64,000 nucleotides of DNA. Origin: Nannocystis sp. RBIL2. GTDB taxonomy: Bacteria > Myxococcota_A > Polyangia > Nannocystales > Nannocystaceae. The number at the start of each line of letters is the position of its first letter. The first letter of the stretch is position 1. The stretch is from assembly GCF_026626745.1 (NCBI RefSeq), contig NZ_JAPNJW010000001.1, positions 588,311 through 652,310 of the forward strand. The letters run 5' to 3'. Of the stretch, positions 8,721 to 17,867 are shown piece after piece. The notes under the pieces are model-generated. The model saw nothing but the letters and a program-made list of their open reading frames with translations, was not told where the DNA came from and made no database searches. The position numbers and the translations under genes were made by a program.

Positions 8721-9806
8721 GTGAGCGTGAGCGGCGTGAGCGTGCTGCTCCTCCTCGGCGCGCTCGCGCAGGTCCCCGAGCCGCCCGCCGACCACGTGAC
8801 CTGGAGCGCTCCGGCACGGTGCCCTGGGCGGGATGCCCTGCTCGCCGAGGTGGTTGCCCGTCGAGGCCGCGCCCTCGAGCCCGGACAGGCGCGGATCGTC
8901 GGCCGCGCGACCGTCGTCGGGCCGCGCCGCTACCGGCTCGACCTCGACCTCGAAGTCCGCGGACGGCGCGACAGCCGGACCCTCTTCGCGCACAGCTGCG
9001 AGGCGCTGGTCGACGCGGCCGTCCTGGTCATCACGCTCGCCCTCGACGCCGACCGCGAGCCCGCCCCAGGCTCACCGGAGTCCCCCTCCTCGGAGCCGAC
9101 CCCGGACGCGACCGTGCCGGAGCCCGCCGCTCCGGTCGAACCCGCGCCGGAGCCCGCCGCGCTGCCCATCGCCGACGCTCCGCCGAGCACCGGCGCACCC
9201 GCGCCTTCCGGCCCCCTCGCTCCCACCCACGGGGCCGCCCCGGCACGCGAGCTCGCGCCGCCGATCCCGGCCCCGCGGCGCCGCCCCGGCGGCTTCCTCC
9301 GCCTCCACGGGCTCGCGGAGATCGGCGCCTTGCCCGGCCCGACCGGCGGCGTCGGGCTCGCCGGCGGCCTCCTGTGGAGCAGATTCCGCCTCGAGCTGCA
9401 CGCCACCTACCTGGCCCCGCGGACCGCCGACCGCTCGGGGACCGAGGTCCGCGCCTCTCTCGTCGCCGGCGCCGCGCTCGGCTGCGTCCGCCTGGGCGAC
9501 CGGCGCGTCTTCGAGCTCCCGCTGTGTCTCGGGCTCGAGGCCGGCGGCATTCCCCTGGCCGCCGACGGGCCCGTGGGGCACAAGGCCGCGGTCGGGCGGT
9601 GGCTCGCCGGCACCGTGGGCGTCGGCGCGGCCGTGCGCGTGCACCCGCGGGTCGCCCTGTTCGCCATGCTGCAGGGCCTCGCGGCGTTTCAGCGCGGCAC
9701 CTTCGTCGTCCGCAGGGGCGGGACCGACGTCGTCCTCTTCGACCCCGGCGTCGCCTCGGCCCGGCTCGCCCTCGGCGTCGAGGTGCGCCTCGGCGAGTCA
9801 CGGTGA
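8721..9806 (+). CDS. secreted hypothetical protein with Pro/Ala-rich linker and beta-rich C-terminal domain
   Basis: GTG start, signal-like N-terminus (VLLLLGALAQVP). It lies directly upstream of the ECF sigma gene and is codirectional with it. Confidence 0.5.
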   Translation: MSVSGVSVLLLLGALAQVPEPPADHVTWSAPARCPGRDALLAEVVARRGRALEPGQARIVGRATVVGPRRYRLDLDLEVRGRRDSRTLFAHSCEALVDAAVLVITLALDADREPAPGSPESPSSEPTPDATVPEPAAPVEPAPEPAALPIADAPPSTGAPAPSGPLAPTHGAAPARELAPPIPAPRRRPGGFLRLHGLAEIGALPGPTGGVGLAGGLLWSRFRLELHATYLAPRTADRSGTEVRASLVAGAALGCVRLGDRRVFELPLCLGLEAGGIPLAADGPVGHKAAVGRWLAGTVGVGAAVRVHPRVALFAMLQGLAAFQRGTFVVRRGGTDVVLFDPGVASARLALGVEVRLGESR

Positions 9807-9852
9807 GACTATTGAGGGGCATCCGGAGACAACACTGAGGCCGGCGACCGCC

Positions 9853-10995
9853 ATGCACTCCGAACCCGAGGACGACGCGCGCAAACGCGCCTTTCGTGAG
9901 CTCTACCGCAGCGAATTCGCGTTCGTCTGGACCGTCGCGCGCCGGCTCGGCGTCCCGCCGCCGCTGGTCGAGGACGCGGTCCAGGACGTGTTTCTCACCG
10001 CCTACCGCCGCCTCGACCAGGTCCGCTTCGAGGTCTCCGCGCGCGCCTGGCTGCACGGCGTGACCCGCAGGATCGCCTCGCGTTACCACCGCTCGGCCGA
10101 GCGCCGGTCGCGGCGGCTCGCTGCGGTCGCCGCCGTCTCGCCCGGCCCCGCCGACCCGCCGCAGGAGCGCGTCGACTCCGCGGAGCAGCTCGAGCGGCTC
10201 CTCGCCCAACTCGGCGCGAACATCCGCGCCGCCTTCGAGATGTCCGAGCTGTTCGGCATGAGCGGCCCCGAGATCGCCAGCGAGCTGGGGATCCCCGTCA
10301 AAACCGTCTACTCGCGGGTTCGGCTGGCGCGCGAGCAGCTCATCCGCGAGTTCGGCGAGGCCCGACTCGAGCGCGAGTTCGCCGGCGCACGCAAGCGCGA
10401 CGCCCCGCCGCCCGCCGCCGCCCAGCGCTCGTGGGCCGCCCTGGCCCCGGGCCTGATGTCGACCCACGCCGGCGTCGGCCTCGCCACCCTCGTCACCGCC
10501 CGCGCGGCCGTCATGACCACCCTCGTGCTCGCCGCGGGCCTCGTCGCCGTCACCGGGTCGCGCCAGCCGGCGGCCGCTCGGCCCGGCGCTCCCCCGTCCG
10601 ACGCCGCGCCGGTCGCCGTGAGCGTCGCCGAGCCGGCTGCTCCGGCCGTCGTCGTCGAGGCGGCCTCGCCCCCGCCGGCGCCGCCGACTCCGCCGCCCGT
10701 CGCCTCGCCGCGGATGGAGGATGCCGACCGCCTGGCCGCCGAGGTCGCGGTGCTGGAGCGCGCCCAGGCCGAGCTCGCGCGCGGCGACCTCGAGGCAGTG
10801 CAGGCGCGCCTCGAGGAGCACGCGCGCCGCTTCCCCGCCGGCGCCTTCGGCGACCTGCGCGGCGTCCTTGCGATCGAGCTCCTGTGCCGCGGCGGCCGGC
10901 GGGACGAGGCCGCCGAGCGGGCAGCCGCCCTGGTCGTCGCCTACCCGCGCTCCGCCGCCGCGCAGCGGTTCGAAAATTATTCGTGCCCCGAGTGA
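9853..10995 (+). CDS. ECF (sigma-70 family) sigma factor with fused C-terminal TM + TPR-like extension
   Basis: Region 2 (DAVQDVFLTAYRRLDQ) and region 4 (MSELFGMSGPEIASELGIPVKTVYSRVRLAREQL) are both recognisable. No stop follows the sigma domain. The ORF continues through a TM helix (GVGLATLVTARAAVMTTLVLAAGLVAV), a Pro-rich segment and a helical TPR-like C-terminus. Confidence 0.65.
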   Translation: MHSEPEDDARKRAFRELYRSEFAFVWTVARRLGVPPPLVEDAVQDVFLTAYRRLDQVRFEVSARAWLHGVTRRIASRYHRSAERRSRRLAAVAAVSPGPADPPQERVDSAEQLERLLAQLGANIRAAFEMSELFGMSGPEIASELGIPVKTVYSRVRLAREQLIREFGEARLEREFAGARKRDAPPPAAAQRSWAALAPGLMSTHAGVGLATLVTARAAVMTTLVLAAGLVAVTGSRQPAAARPGAPPSDAAPVAVSVAEPAAPAVVVEAASPPPAPPTPPPVASPRMEDADRLAAEVAVLERAQAELARGDLEAVQARLEEHARRFPAGAFGDLRGVLAIELLCRGGRRDEAAERAAALVVAYPRSAAAQRFENYSCPE

Positions 10996-11045
10996 GACGA
11001 GTCGGTCGAGGCGGAGACTAGCAGCAGTAGAGCGCCCGCCTGTTC

Positions 11046-11732
11046 ATGCACCCCGGCATCCGCGTCGCATCTCCCTGTATTCGCGCCGCGTTCGCGGCTG
11101 CGCTCGCGCTCGCCACATCGGCCTGCACGTATCCGAAGTTCCTCGGCGAGGAGCCGACCGACGGCGGATCCGCCACAGAAGACATCGTCACCGCGAGCGC
11201 GTCGAGCCAGGGCTCCGCCTCGAGCACCGGCGTGGTGACCGGCGACGCGACCTCGAGCACCGGCGTGGTGACCGGCGACGAGACCGCGACCGACGCGACC
11301 ACCTGCGCGACCGGCTGCCCGGGTGGCGCTCCGGGCGGGCCGCTCGAGAAGTGCCTCTCGGAGTTCAACGAGGAGTACTGGTGCGAGTGCACCGAGGGCG
11401 ACAGCCACCCGTGCGGCGACGGCCGCGTCAGCTTCTGCCTGGCCCAGGACGCCGTCGTCTTCACCCACACCCGGTGGACGCCCTGCGGCACCTGCGAGCC
11501 CGGGCAGCAGCGGGCCTGTGACGCCCCCGCCGGGCCGGGCCGGCAATTCTGCAACCTCCACGACCTGTGGATCGACGACATCGAAGACCTGCCGACCCTC
11601 GAGTGGGGCGCCTGCCTCCGCGAGCAGGACATCGCCTGCGAGCCGGGTGAATCGAGGCCGTGCGAATCCGGCATCGCCATCGAGCAGTGCGACGTCGATC
11701 TGCAGGGCATGCCTCACTGGACCGGCTGCTAG
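11046..11732 (+). CDS. cysteine-rich lipoprotein
   Basis: Lipobox LATSAC, Thr/Ser-rich linker, 16 or more Cys in the C-terminal domain. Confidence 0.65.
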   Translation: MHPGIRVASPCIRAAFAAALALATSACTYPKFLGEEPTDGGSATEDIVTASASSQGSASSTGVVTGDATSSTGVVTGDETATDATTCATGCPGGAPGGPLEKCLSEFNEEYWCECTEGDSHPCGDGRVSFCLAQDAVVFTHTRWTPCGTCEPGQQRACDAPAGPGRQFCNLHDLWIDDIEDLPTLEWGACLREQDIACEPGESRPCESGIAIEQCDVDLQGMPHWTGC

Positions 11733-11783
11733 CTCGCGCTGGCGCCCAATACGTGCTTCGTCCTTTCGACCGATCGAGTACCC

Positions 11784-12497
11784 ATGCGATATGTAGAGCA
11801 TCTCAGAAGCGCCCACGTGAAGACCATTTACCTCGGGTTCGCCGTCGTCCTGGCGTCGGCGGCCTGCGGCGACAGCGGGGGCAATGGCAGCACGTCGAGC
11901 CCGGGCACCGGCGGGGACACGAACCCGGGCCCGGGCAGCAGCGACGGCGAGACGATCCCGCAGGCCGACTGCACCTCGCGCTGCGAGGCCCACGCGACCG
12001 CGTGCGACGTGCCCGAGGCCATGGTCTCACAGCTCTGCGGCAACATCTGCGCCGATTCGCTCACCGAGGCCGCCATTCAATGCATCGAGGCGCTGCCTTG
12101 CACGGCCGGCGAGGACGAGCTCGACGAGTGCACGAGCAAGAACCCGCCGGGCGGGTCCAGCGAATCGGACGGCCCCACCGACACTGGAGGCCCCTCCGCC
12201 GGAGGATTCGGCGACCCCTGCACGTGCGGCATGACGAGCGGCGAGTGGGAGTGCTCCGGCTCGAACATCTGCGCCACGGGCCTCGTGTGCGTCGGCGTCG
12301 GCAACGACGCCGGCACCTGCAGGGGCCCTGTCTGCTGCGACAGCGAGAGCGATTGCGCCGAGAGGCTCGGCAAGCAGGCGAACTGCGACACCGGCCAGAA
12401 GTGCGCCTGCCAGGGCGGCAACCTCGAGTGCGTCGGCGAGGCCTGCACCTGCGAAGGCGGCGCCCTCACGAATCGCGGCCTCTGCTACCCCGAGTGA
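11784..12497 (+). CDS. cysteine-rich lipoprotein
   Basis: Lipobox LASAAC, Gly/Ser linker, about 26 Cys in the C-terminal domain. Confidence 0.65.
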   Translation: MRYVEHLRSAHVKTIYLGFAVVLASAACGDSGGNGSTSSPGTGGDTNPGPGSSDGETIPQADCTSRCEAHATACDVPEAMVSQLCGNICADSLTEAAIQCIEALPCTAGEDELDECTSKNPPGGSSESDGPTDTGGPSAGGFGDPCTCGMTSGEWECSGSNICATGLVCVGVGNDAGTCRGPVCCDSESDCAERLGKQANCDTGQKCACQGGNLECVGEACTCEGGALTNRGLCYPE

Positions 12498-12637
12498 CCG
12501 GAGCGACGACCGAGGAGAAATCGCAACGGCGCGATTCGATCGTCGCCGACCCGTCGCACGAGTCGGCGCATGTGCGGTCATTTCGACCAATACTCGCGCT
12601 CTGCAGCCTGCAGACTCGCATGCTTTGAAAGTGGTGT

Positions 12638-13105
12638 ATGAAACACGCAGCTTCACGCGGGCTCGGCCTTCTCATGCTGTTCGCTCTGACGATCGCGTCC
12701 GGGCCGGCTTGCTTCCTCCCACCGCCGATCGTGCGAGGACCGGACGGACGGCCGACCTTTCGCGGGGAGTACCTGATTCACCCGCAGGCGGGCCCGTACT
12801 TCTGTTTCGGCGGGATCACGCCGCTCGGCGCAGAGACGTCCCGCTGCCAGGGGACCCAGGACACCTGCGCCGGCCTGCTCGACACCTGGCAAGAGGCGGG
12901 GCAGAGTCTGCTCAGCGGCTGTCACCCGACGTCGACCATCTACTGCACCCAGGGCTTCAGTAACAACTGGATGTGCGCGCAGACCCTGGAGGCGTGCGAG
13001 GTCGAACGCGCGCGTCGCGTCCAAGAATACGCGAGCGGGCAGGATCTCGGGTACGCGACCTGCACCGAGGTCGACGAGTCCAAAGTGTTCCCGCCGCCGA
13101 CATAG
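12638..13105 (+). CDS. cysteine-rich lipoprotein / secreted protein
   Basis: Signal peptide LFALTIASGPAC, followed by a Cys-rich 155-aa product. Confidence 0.55.
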   Translation: MKHAASRGLGLLMLFALTIASGPACFLPPPIVRGPDGRPTFRGEYLIHPQAGPYFCFGGITPLGAETSRCQGTQDTCAGLLDTWQEAGQSLLSGCHPTSTIYCTQGFSNNWMCAQTLEACEVERARRVQEYASGQDLGYATCTEVDESKVFPPPT

Positions 13106-13310
13106 ACGTGCCCCGGAGCGGGCTCCGACGAAGCGCCTCTCGCAGAGGCGAGGGCGTCGTCGCCGACATCAGGGCTCCGCTCCCGCTCACCGCGCCCTTC
13201 ACCTGTCCCATCGGCCATCTCATCGGGAGCGAGACCATCCGCGATCGCCGGCCGAGGCGCGCAGCTTCGCGCGCACCGACGCCGCCCCTGTCATGCAGTA
13301 CCATCGCGCG

Positions 13311-14570
13311 ATGTCTCGCCTCGAAGCGCTCCTCCTGTGTGCCCCCTTGCTGGCAGCCTGCGGCGACAGCGGGCGGCCCCAGGACACCGCGAACGCCACC
13401 CTGACCACCAGCGGCCCCGGCCCGACCTCGACCGTCGACCCCACCGACGGCGCCGTCACCGACGGCACCACCACCGGCGAGCCGACCACCTCCACCACCT
13501 CGACTTCGGGCCTTCCCAAGCTCGACCTCGGCGCCCAGCCGGACCAGGGTGAGATGGCCACCACCGGCGAGTGTGCCGCCCAGATGTTGGAGCCGCAGGT
13601 CCAGTCGGTCGGCGTCGACATCGTCGTCGTCGTCGACACCTCCAACTCCATGCAGGCTGCGATCGCCGCCGTCGAGGCCAGCATCAACAACGATTTTGCC
13701 GCCATCCTCGGCGCCAGCAACGTCGATTACCGCGTCATCGTCATGGGCGACTACCCGCCCGGCGAGCAGCTCGACATCTGCATCAGCGCCCCGCTCTCCG
13801 GCACCGACTGCAACCCCCCACCGGCGGTCCCGGCGGTCACCGAGCGCTACAAGCACTACGACGGCATCACCGGCTCGGGCGCCTTCCTCGCCAACATCCT
13901 CGCCTGGTACACCACCCCCGATCCGCACGGCCTCGCCCCGAACGGCTACCGCGACTTCCTGCGCGACGGCACGCGCAAGGTCATCCTCGCCATGACCGAC
14001 GGCACCAGCGCCTCGGGCACCGACGCCGACGGCGACGCCTTCGACGCCGCCCTGCTCGCCCTCGACCCGCCGCACTTCGGCACCCCCGGCGCGCGCGACT
14101 ACGTCTTCCACACCATCATCACCATGGGCGCCAACAACCCGCCCGACGCCCCGTGGTTGCCGGGCGACCCGCTGCAGGGCGAGGGCGACTCGATCCAGCG
14201 GGTCAGCGTCATCAGCGGTGGTTGGCGCTTCCCGCTGTCGCAGACCGACGCCTTCGACGTCCTCTTCCAGGAGATCGCCAAGGACGTCGTCATGACCACC
14301 CCGATCGCCTGCTCCTTCCCGATCCCCGAGCCGCCGATGGGAACCATCGATCCGAACACCATCGAGATCGACTACCAGGTCGGCGGCGTCCCGCCGGTCA
14401 AGGCATTTCATCAGGTCGTCGACCTCGCCGCCTGCGAGGCCGACGCCTTCTACATCGAGAACGCCACGGTCATCCTCTGCCCCGACGCCTGCGGCCAGGT
14501 GCAGGCCGACCCGGCCGCCAAGCTCGACGTCCGCTACGGCTGCGACGTCGGCTTCGATCCTGCTGGTTGA
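13311..14570 (+). CDS. von Willebrand factor A (vWA) domain lipoprotein
   Basis: Lipobox LLAAC, Thr-rich linker. A MIDAS-like DxSxS motif is present (VVVVDTSNSM). Confidence 0.7.
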   Translation: MSRLEALLLCAPLLAACGDSGRPQDTANATLTTSGPGPTSTVDPTDGAVTDGTTTGEPTTSTTSTSGLPKLDLGAQPDQGEMATTGECAAQMLEPQVQSVGVDIVVVVDTSNSMQAAIAAVEASINNDFAAILGASNVDYRVIVMGDYPPGEQLDICISAPLSGTDCNPPPAVPAVTERYKHYDGITGSGAFLANILAWYTTPDPHGLAPNGYRDFLRDGTRKVILAMTDGTSASGTDADGDAFDAALLALDPPHFGTPGARDYVFHTIITMGANNPPDAPWLPGDPLQGEGDSIQRVSVISGGWRFPLSQTDAFDVLFQEIAKDVVMTTPIACSFPIPEPPMGTIDPNTIEIDYQVGGVPPVKAFHQVVDLAACEADAFYIENATVILCPDACGQVQADPAAKLDVRYGCDVGFDPAG

Positions 14571-14591
14571 ACGGCCCGGGCTCGACGTCCG

Positions 14592-15581
14592 CTACGGCTG
14601 CGACGTCGCCTCCGACCCCGCCGGCGGAGCCTCGCCCGGGCCTTCCGCCGGCCCCTCCGTCGCGTTCCCCGTCGCCATTCGGCGCCACACCGCCGGCAGC
14701 CCGATCTCGAGGAACACCGGGAAGCGATAGCCCTCGTAGCGGCGCTCGAGCGCCGCGCGCACCCGCAGCACCGCGGCGGGGTCCGGCGGCAGCGTCGGCT
14801 TCTCGGCCGCCACCAGCGACAGCACCGTCTGCAGGTACTCGCGCTGGTTCGCCACCAGCTCCGGCCCGCCCGAGCGGCCGCGGCCCGGATGCACGTGCTT
14901 CGGCTGCATCGCCTCGATCTCCGCCAGCCGCTGCAGCCACGCCTCGGGCTCGCCGATCTCGAGCCACGCGTGGGCCTTGTTGGCCACCAGGTCGCCGACG
15001 AACACGTGGTCCTCCCATTGAATCACCACGTGGGCCGGGCTGCAGCCTGGCCCGAGCACGTGCGCCTTCAGCTCGAGGCCCGCCAGCTTCAGCGTCGTCG
15101 TCGCCGCCCCGAAGCTGCGCGGCTGCGGCACCGCGGTCGGCCAGTCGGGCGCGTAGCGCTCGGCGAACGCCTCCGTGCGCTTCGCGAACACCTCGGGGAT
15201 CTGCGCCAGCACCTGCTCGGCGGTCCACACCTCGATCCCGCGGGCCTGGAACGTCGCGGTGCCGTTGAACTTGTCGGGGTTCGCGTGCAGCACGATCGCC
15301 GCCACCACCTTCTTGCGGGTCACGCGCTCGGCCGCCGCGATGACCTCGGCCGCGACCGACGGCAGGAACTGCACGTCGATCACCACCACCCCGTCGGGCC
15401 CTTCGATCCAGAAGCTCGACGTGTCGAACGACCAGCCCGACGAGATGTACTGCCCGATCCGCCGCTCTGAAAGCGGCACCTCCACCCGGCCCGTCATCGG
15501 CGTCGACGAGTGGCTCACGCAGGCGAGCCCCGAGGTGACGAGCGACGCGAGGGTGACGAGCTGAAGCGCGCGAGCGAACAT
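14592..15581 (-). CDS. lipoprotein, possible MBL-fold-like hydrolase
   Basis: Lipobox LVTSGLAC. The 329-aa product has His-containing motifs (VLHANPDKF, AHVVIQWEDHVFVGDLV) that weakly resemble a metallo-beta-lactamase fold. Confidence 0.5.
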   Translation of the reverse strand: MFARALQLVTLASLVTSGLACVSHSSTPMTGRVEVPLSERRIGQYISSGWSFDTSSFWIEGPDGVVVIDVQFLPSVAAEVIAAAERVTRKKVVAAIVLHANPDKFNGTATFQARGIEVWTAEQVLAQIPEVFAKRTEAFAERYAPDWPTAVPQPRSFGAATTTLKLAGLELKAHVLGPGCSPAHVVIQWEDHVFVGDLVANKAHAWLEIGEPEAWLQRLAEIEAMQPKHVHPGRGRSGGPELVANQREYLQTVLSLVAAEKPTLPPDPAAVLRVRAALERRYEGYRFPVFLEIGLPAVWRRMATGNATEGPAEGPGEAPPAGSEATSQP

Positions 15582-15858
15582 CGGCTGCGAAGGCTAGTGC
15601 CCTCGCCGCGCCGTGTCCACCGGCGGCGCGCATGTCTCGAAGGACATCCGCACGCGCCGAACCCTCCCACGGCCGCGCCCAGGCCCCATCTCCGGCCGGC
15701 GCGCGCAGCACCGGGCGCAGTCACGCCCGGGGTCCCCGGCTAGCGCGCCGCGTGGCTCTCGGGCCGACCGGGGCGAGCCCGCCCGGGCATCCCCGGGCGC
15801 CGCGCGGAGCGTCGCGTGGTATGAGATCGTAGGCTGGCCCAGCCCGCGCGGGAGTCTT

Positions 15859-16818
15859 ATGCGACATGTCTTCAAGTACAGCTTCACCGTCTCTGCCCTC
15901 GTCCTCGCCGCCTCCGCCTGCGGCGACTCCGGGGCCGTTCAAGGCAGCTCCGCCACCGACGCGACCACCATCAGCAGCCTGAGCGCCGGCACCATCGAGC
16001 CGGGCACCACCGAGCCCGGCACCACCGACCCCGGCACCACCGATCCGGGCACCGCCGCGACCACCGTCGAGCCCACCACCGCCGAGCCCACCACCGGCCC
16101 CGTCGATCCCTCGACCACCACTACCACCACCGAGCCCGGCACCACCACCACCACCACCACGGAGACCAGCACCACCACCACCACCGGCGAGCGGCCGCCG
16201 GAGTGCGTCTCGGTGCTCAAGGCCACCGTGCGCGACTTCAAGGCGAGCCATCCCGACTTCGAGAGCTACGGCGGCACCGTCGACGGCCTCGTCCAGGCCG
16301 ACCTCGGGCCCGACAAGAAGCCGGTCTACGCCCACGCCGGCGGCACCTCGGTCACCACCGGCCCGGCGGAGTTCGCCCAGTGGTACAACGACGTCGCCGA
16401 CGTCAATCAATCGTTCGAGATCGAGATCATGCTGACCGAGACGATGCCCGGTCAATACACCTACCAGAACAACGACTTCTTCCCGATCGACGATCAGGGC
16501 TGGGGCAACCAGGGCAACAACCACAACTTCCACTTCACCACCGAGATCCACACCGACTTCACCTATGCGGGCGGCGAGGTGTTCACCTTCACCGGCGACG
16601 ACGATCTGTGGCTGTTCATCAACGGCAAGCTCGCCATCGACCTCGGCGGCGTCCACGGCGCCCTCAGCGAGACCATCGACATCGACAGCAACGCCGGTTA
16701 CTTCGGCATCCAGCTGAACGGCACCTACTCGATGGACATCTTCCACGCCGAGCGTCACACCACCCAGTCGAACTTCCGCATCGACACCAGCATCAACTGC
16801 TTCATCGTCCCGGGCTGA
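15859..16818 (+). CDS. fibro-slime (PA14-like) domain lipoprotein
   Basis: Lipobox LAASAC and a Thr/Pro-rich linker. The C-terminal domain carries DFFPIDDQGWGNQGNNHNFHFTTEI...FTFTGDDDLWLFINGKLAIDLGGVHG. This is characteristic of the fibro-slime / PA14-related domain. Confidence 0.65.
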   Translation: MRHVFKYSFTVSALVLAASACGDSGAVQGSSATDATTISSLSAGTIEPGTTEPGTTDPGTTDPGTAATTVEPTTAEPTTGPVDPSTTTTTTEPGTTTTTTTETSTTTTTGERPPECVSVLKATVRDFKASHPDFESYGGTVDGLVQADLGPDKKPVYAHAGGTSVTTGPAEFAQWYNDVADVNQSFEIEIMLTETMPGQYTYQNNDFFPIDDQGWGNQGNNHNFHFTTEIHTDFTYAGGEVFTFTGDDDLWLFINGKLAIDLGGVHGALSETIDIDSNAGYFGIQLNGTYSMDIFHAERHTTQSNFRIDTSINCFIVPG

Positions 16819-16930
16819 CGTGAAGCTCGTCGATGCGCACTCGGCGTGGACGCAGCCTCGCCCCGGCGCTCGCGTCGCTCGGCGCGCGTCGGCTTGACGC
16901 CCGCGGCCCGCACGTACGATCGTCCCACTC

Positions 16931-17683
16931 ATGCGGAGCCACGCCCCCGTCGCAGCCGTCCTCGCGCTGGTCGCCTGTGCGAGCGATTCGTCGCCCAGCC
17001 CCGCGTCGCCAAACCAGGCTCCTCCGGCGGCAGCGTCGGTCGCTGCGCTGGCCGACGCCGCGGCCCCGCAGACGCCTCAGCACTGGCTCGATCTGCGGCC
17101 GGGGCGCCACACCGCGGTCCCATTTGCGATGTCGATCCCGACGGAGCTCGCCGGCGTGCAGACGCGGTTCGTCCGGGCCGTGGCGACGCAGGAGGCCTGG
17201 GTGCAGCAGTACCTCGCGGAGCTGCGATTGCCGCCCGGCGCCCCGTTGCCGTACCACCCGAACCTCGGGGTGAGCGAGGCCGAGTACCAGCAGCTCCTCC
17301 ATGCGTATGAGCACCCGATCGTCGTCGAGGCTGACAAGCGCGACCTCGAGGTCCGGATCGAGCGCGGCGCGTTGCGGTTCTCCGCGCCTGAGCCCCTCGC
17401 GGCCGTCGATCTGCTGACGCTCGAGGCTGGCGGCCGCGCGCGTTACGGCGACGACGTGGTCGTCGACGGTCCCGAGCGGATCGAAGGGCTGCAAGGGAGC
17501 TTCGGCACGTGGTCGGGCTTCGCCTGGCGGCACGACGCCTCGAGCCTCGTCTCGCGCACGATCGACGTCCTCGACGTCGAGCTGGGCCGAGTCGCTGGCC
17601 GGCGATTCCTCCACCTCGCCCGCCGACGCGGCGACGGCACCGCCATGACCGAGGCCACCGAGCTGTTGGCCTGGATCGATTGA
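16931..17683 (+). CDS. hypothetical lipoprotein
   Basis: Lipobox LVACAS. The 250-aa product has non-repetitive composition. Confidence 0.55.
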   Translation: MRSHAPVAAVLALVACASDSSPSPASPNQAPPAAASVAALADAAAPQTPQHWLDLRPGRHTAVPFAMSIPTELAGVQTRFVRAVATQEAWVQQYLAELRLPPGAPLPYHPNLGVSEAEYQQLLHAYEHPIVVEADKRDLEVRIERGALRFSAPEPLAAVDLLTLEAGGRARYGDDVVVDGPERIEGLQGSFGTWSGFAWRHDASSLVSRTIDVLDVELGRVAGRRFLHLARRRGDGTAMTEATELLAWID

Positions 17684-17867
17684 CGTCCGAGGTCTCCGTC
17701 CGCTTGCAATGTATGCCGCGAACGCCTCGTCCGCGGCCCGCTCTGCGCACGCGGGCCGGGTGGTCTCGCGCGCATCTGCCTGCGCGAAGCGCCGGGCGTC
17801 GGCGGCGCCGGCTCTGCGCTGCGAGGCGGCTCCCCGGCCTGCGATCCGTTCGCGTACCATCCCCCCC

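Noticed and set aside
8833-9852. 5' extension of the ECF sigma ORF back to 8833 (720-aa ORF).
   Set aside because: The upstream part is Pro/Arg/Ser-rich junk and overlaps the better-supported 8721-9806 gene in another frame. The sigma domain clearly begins at M9853.
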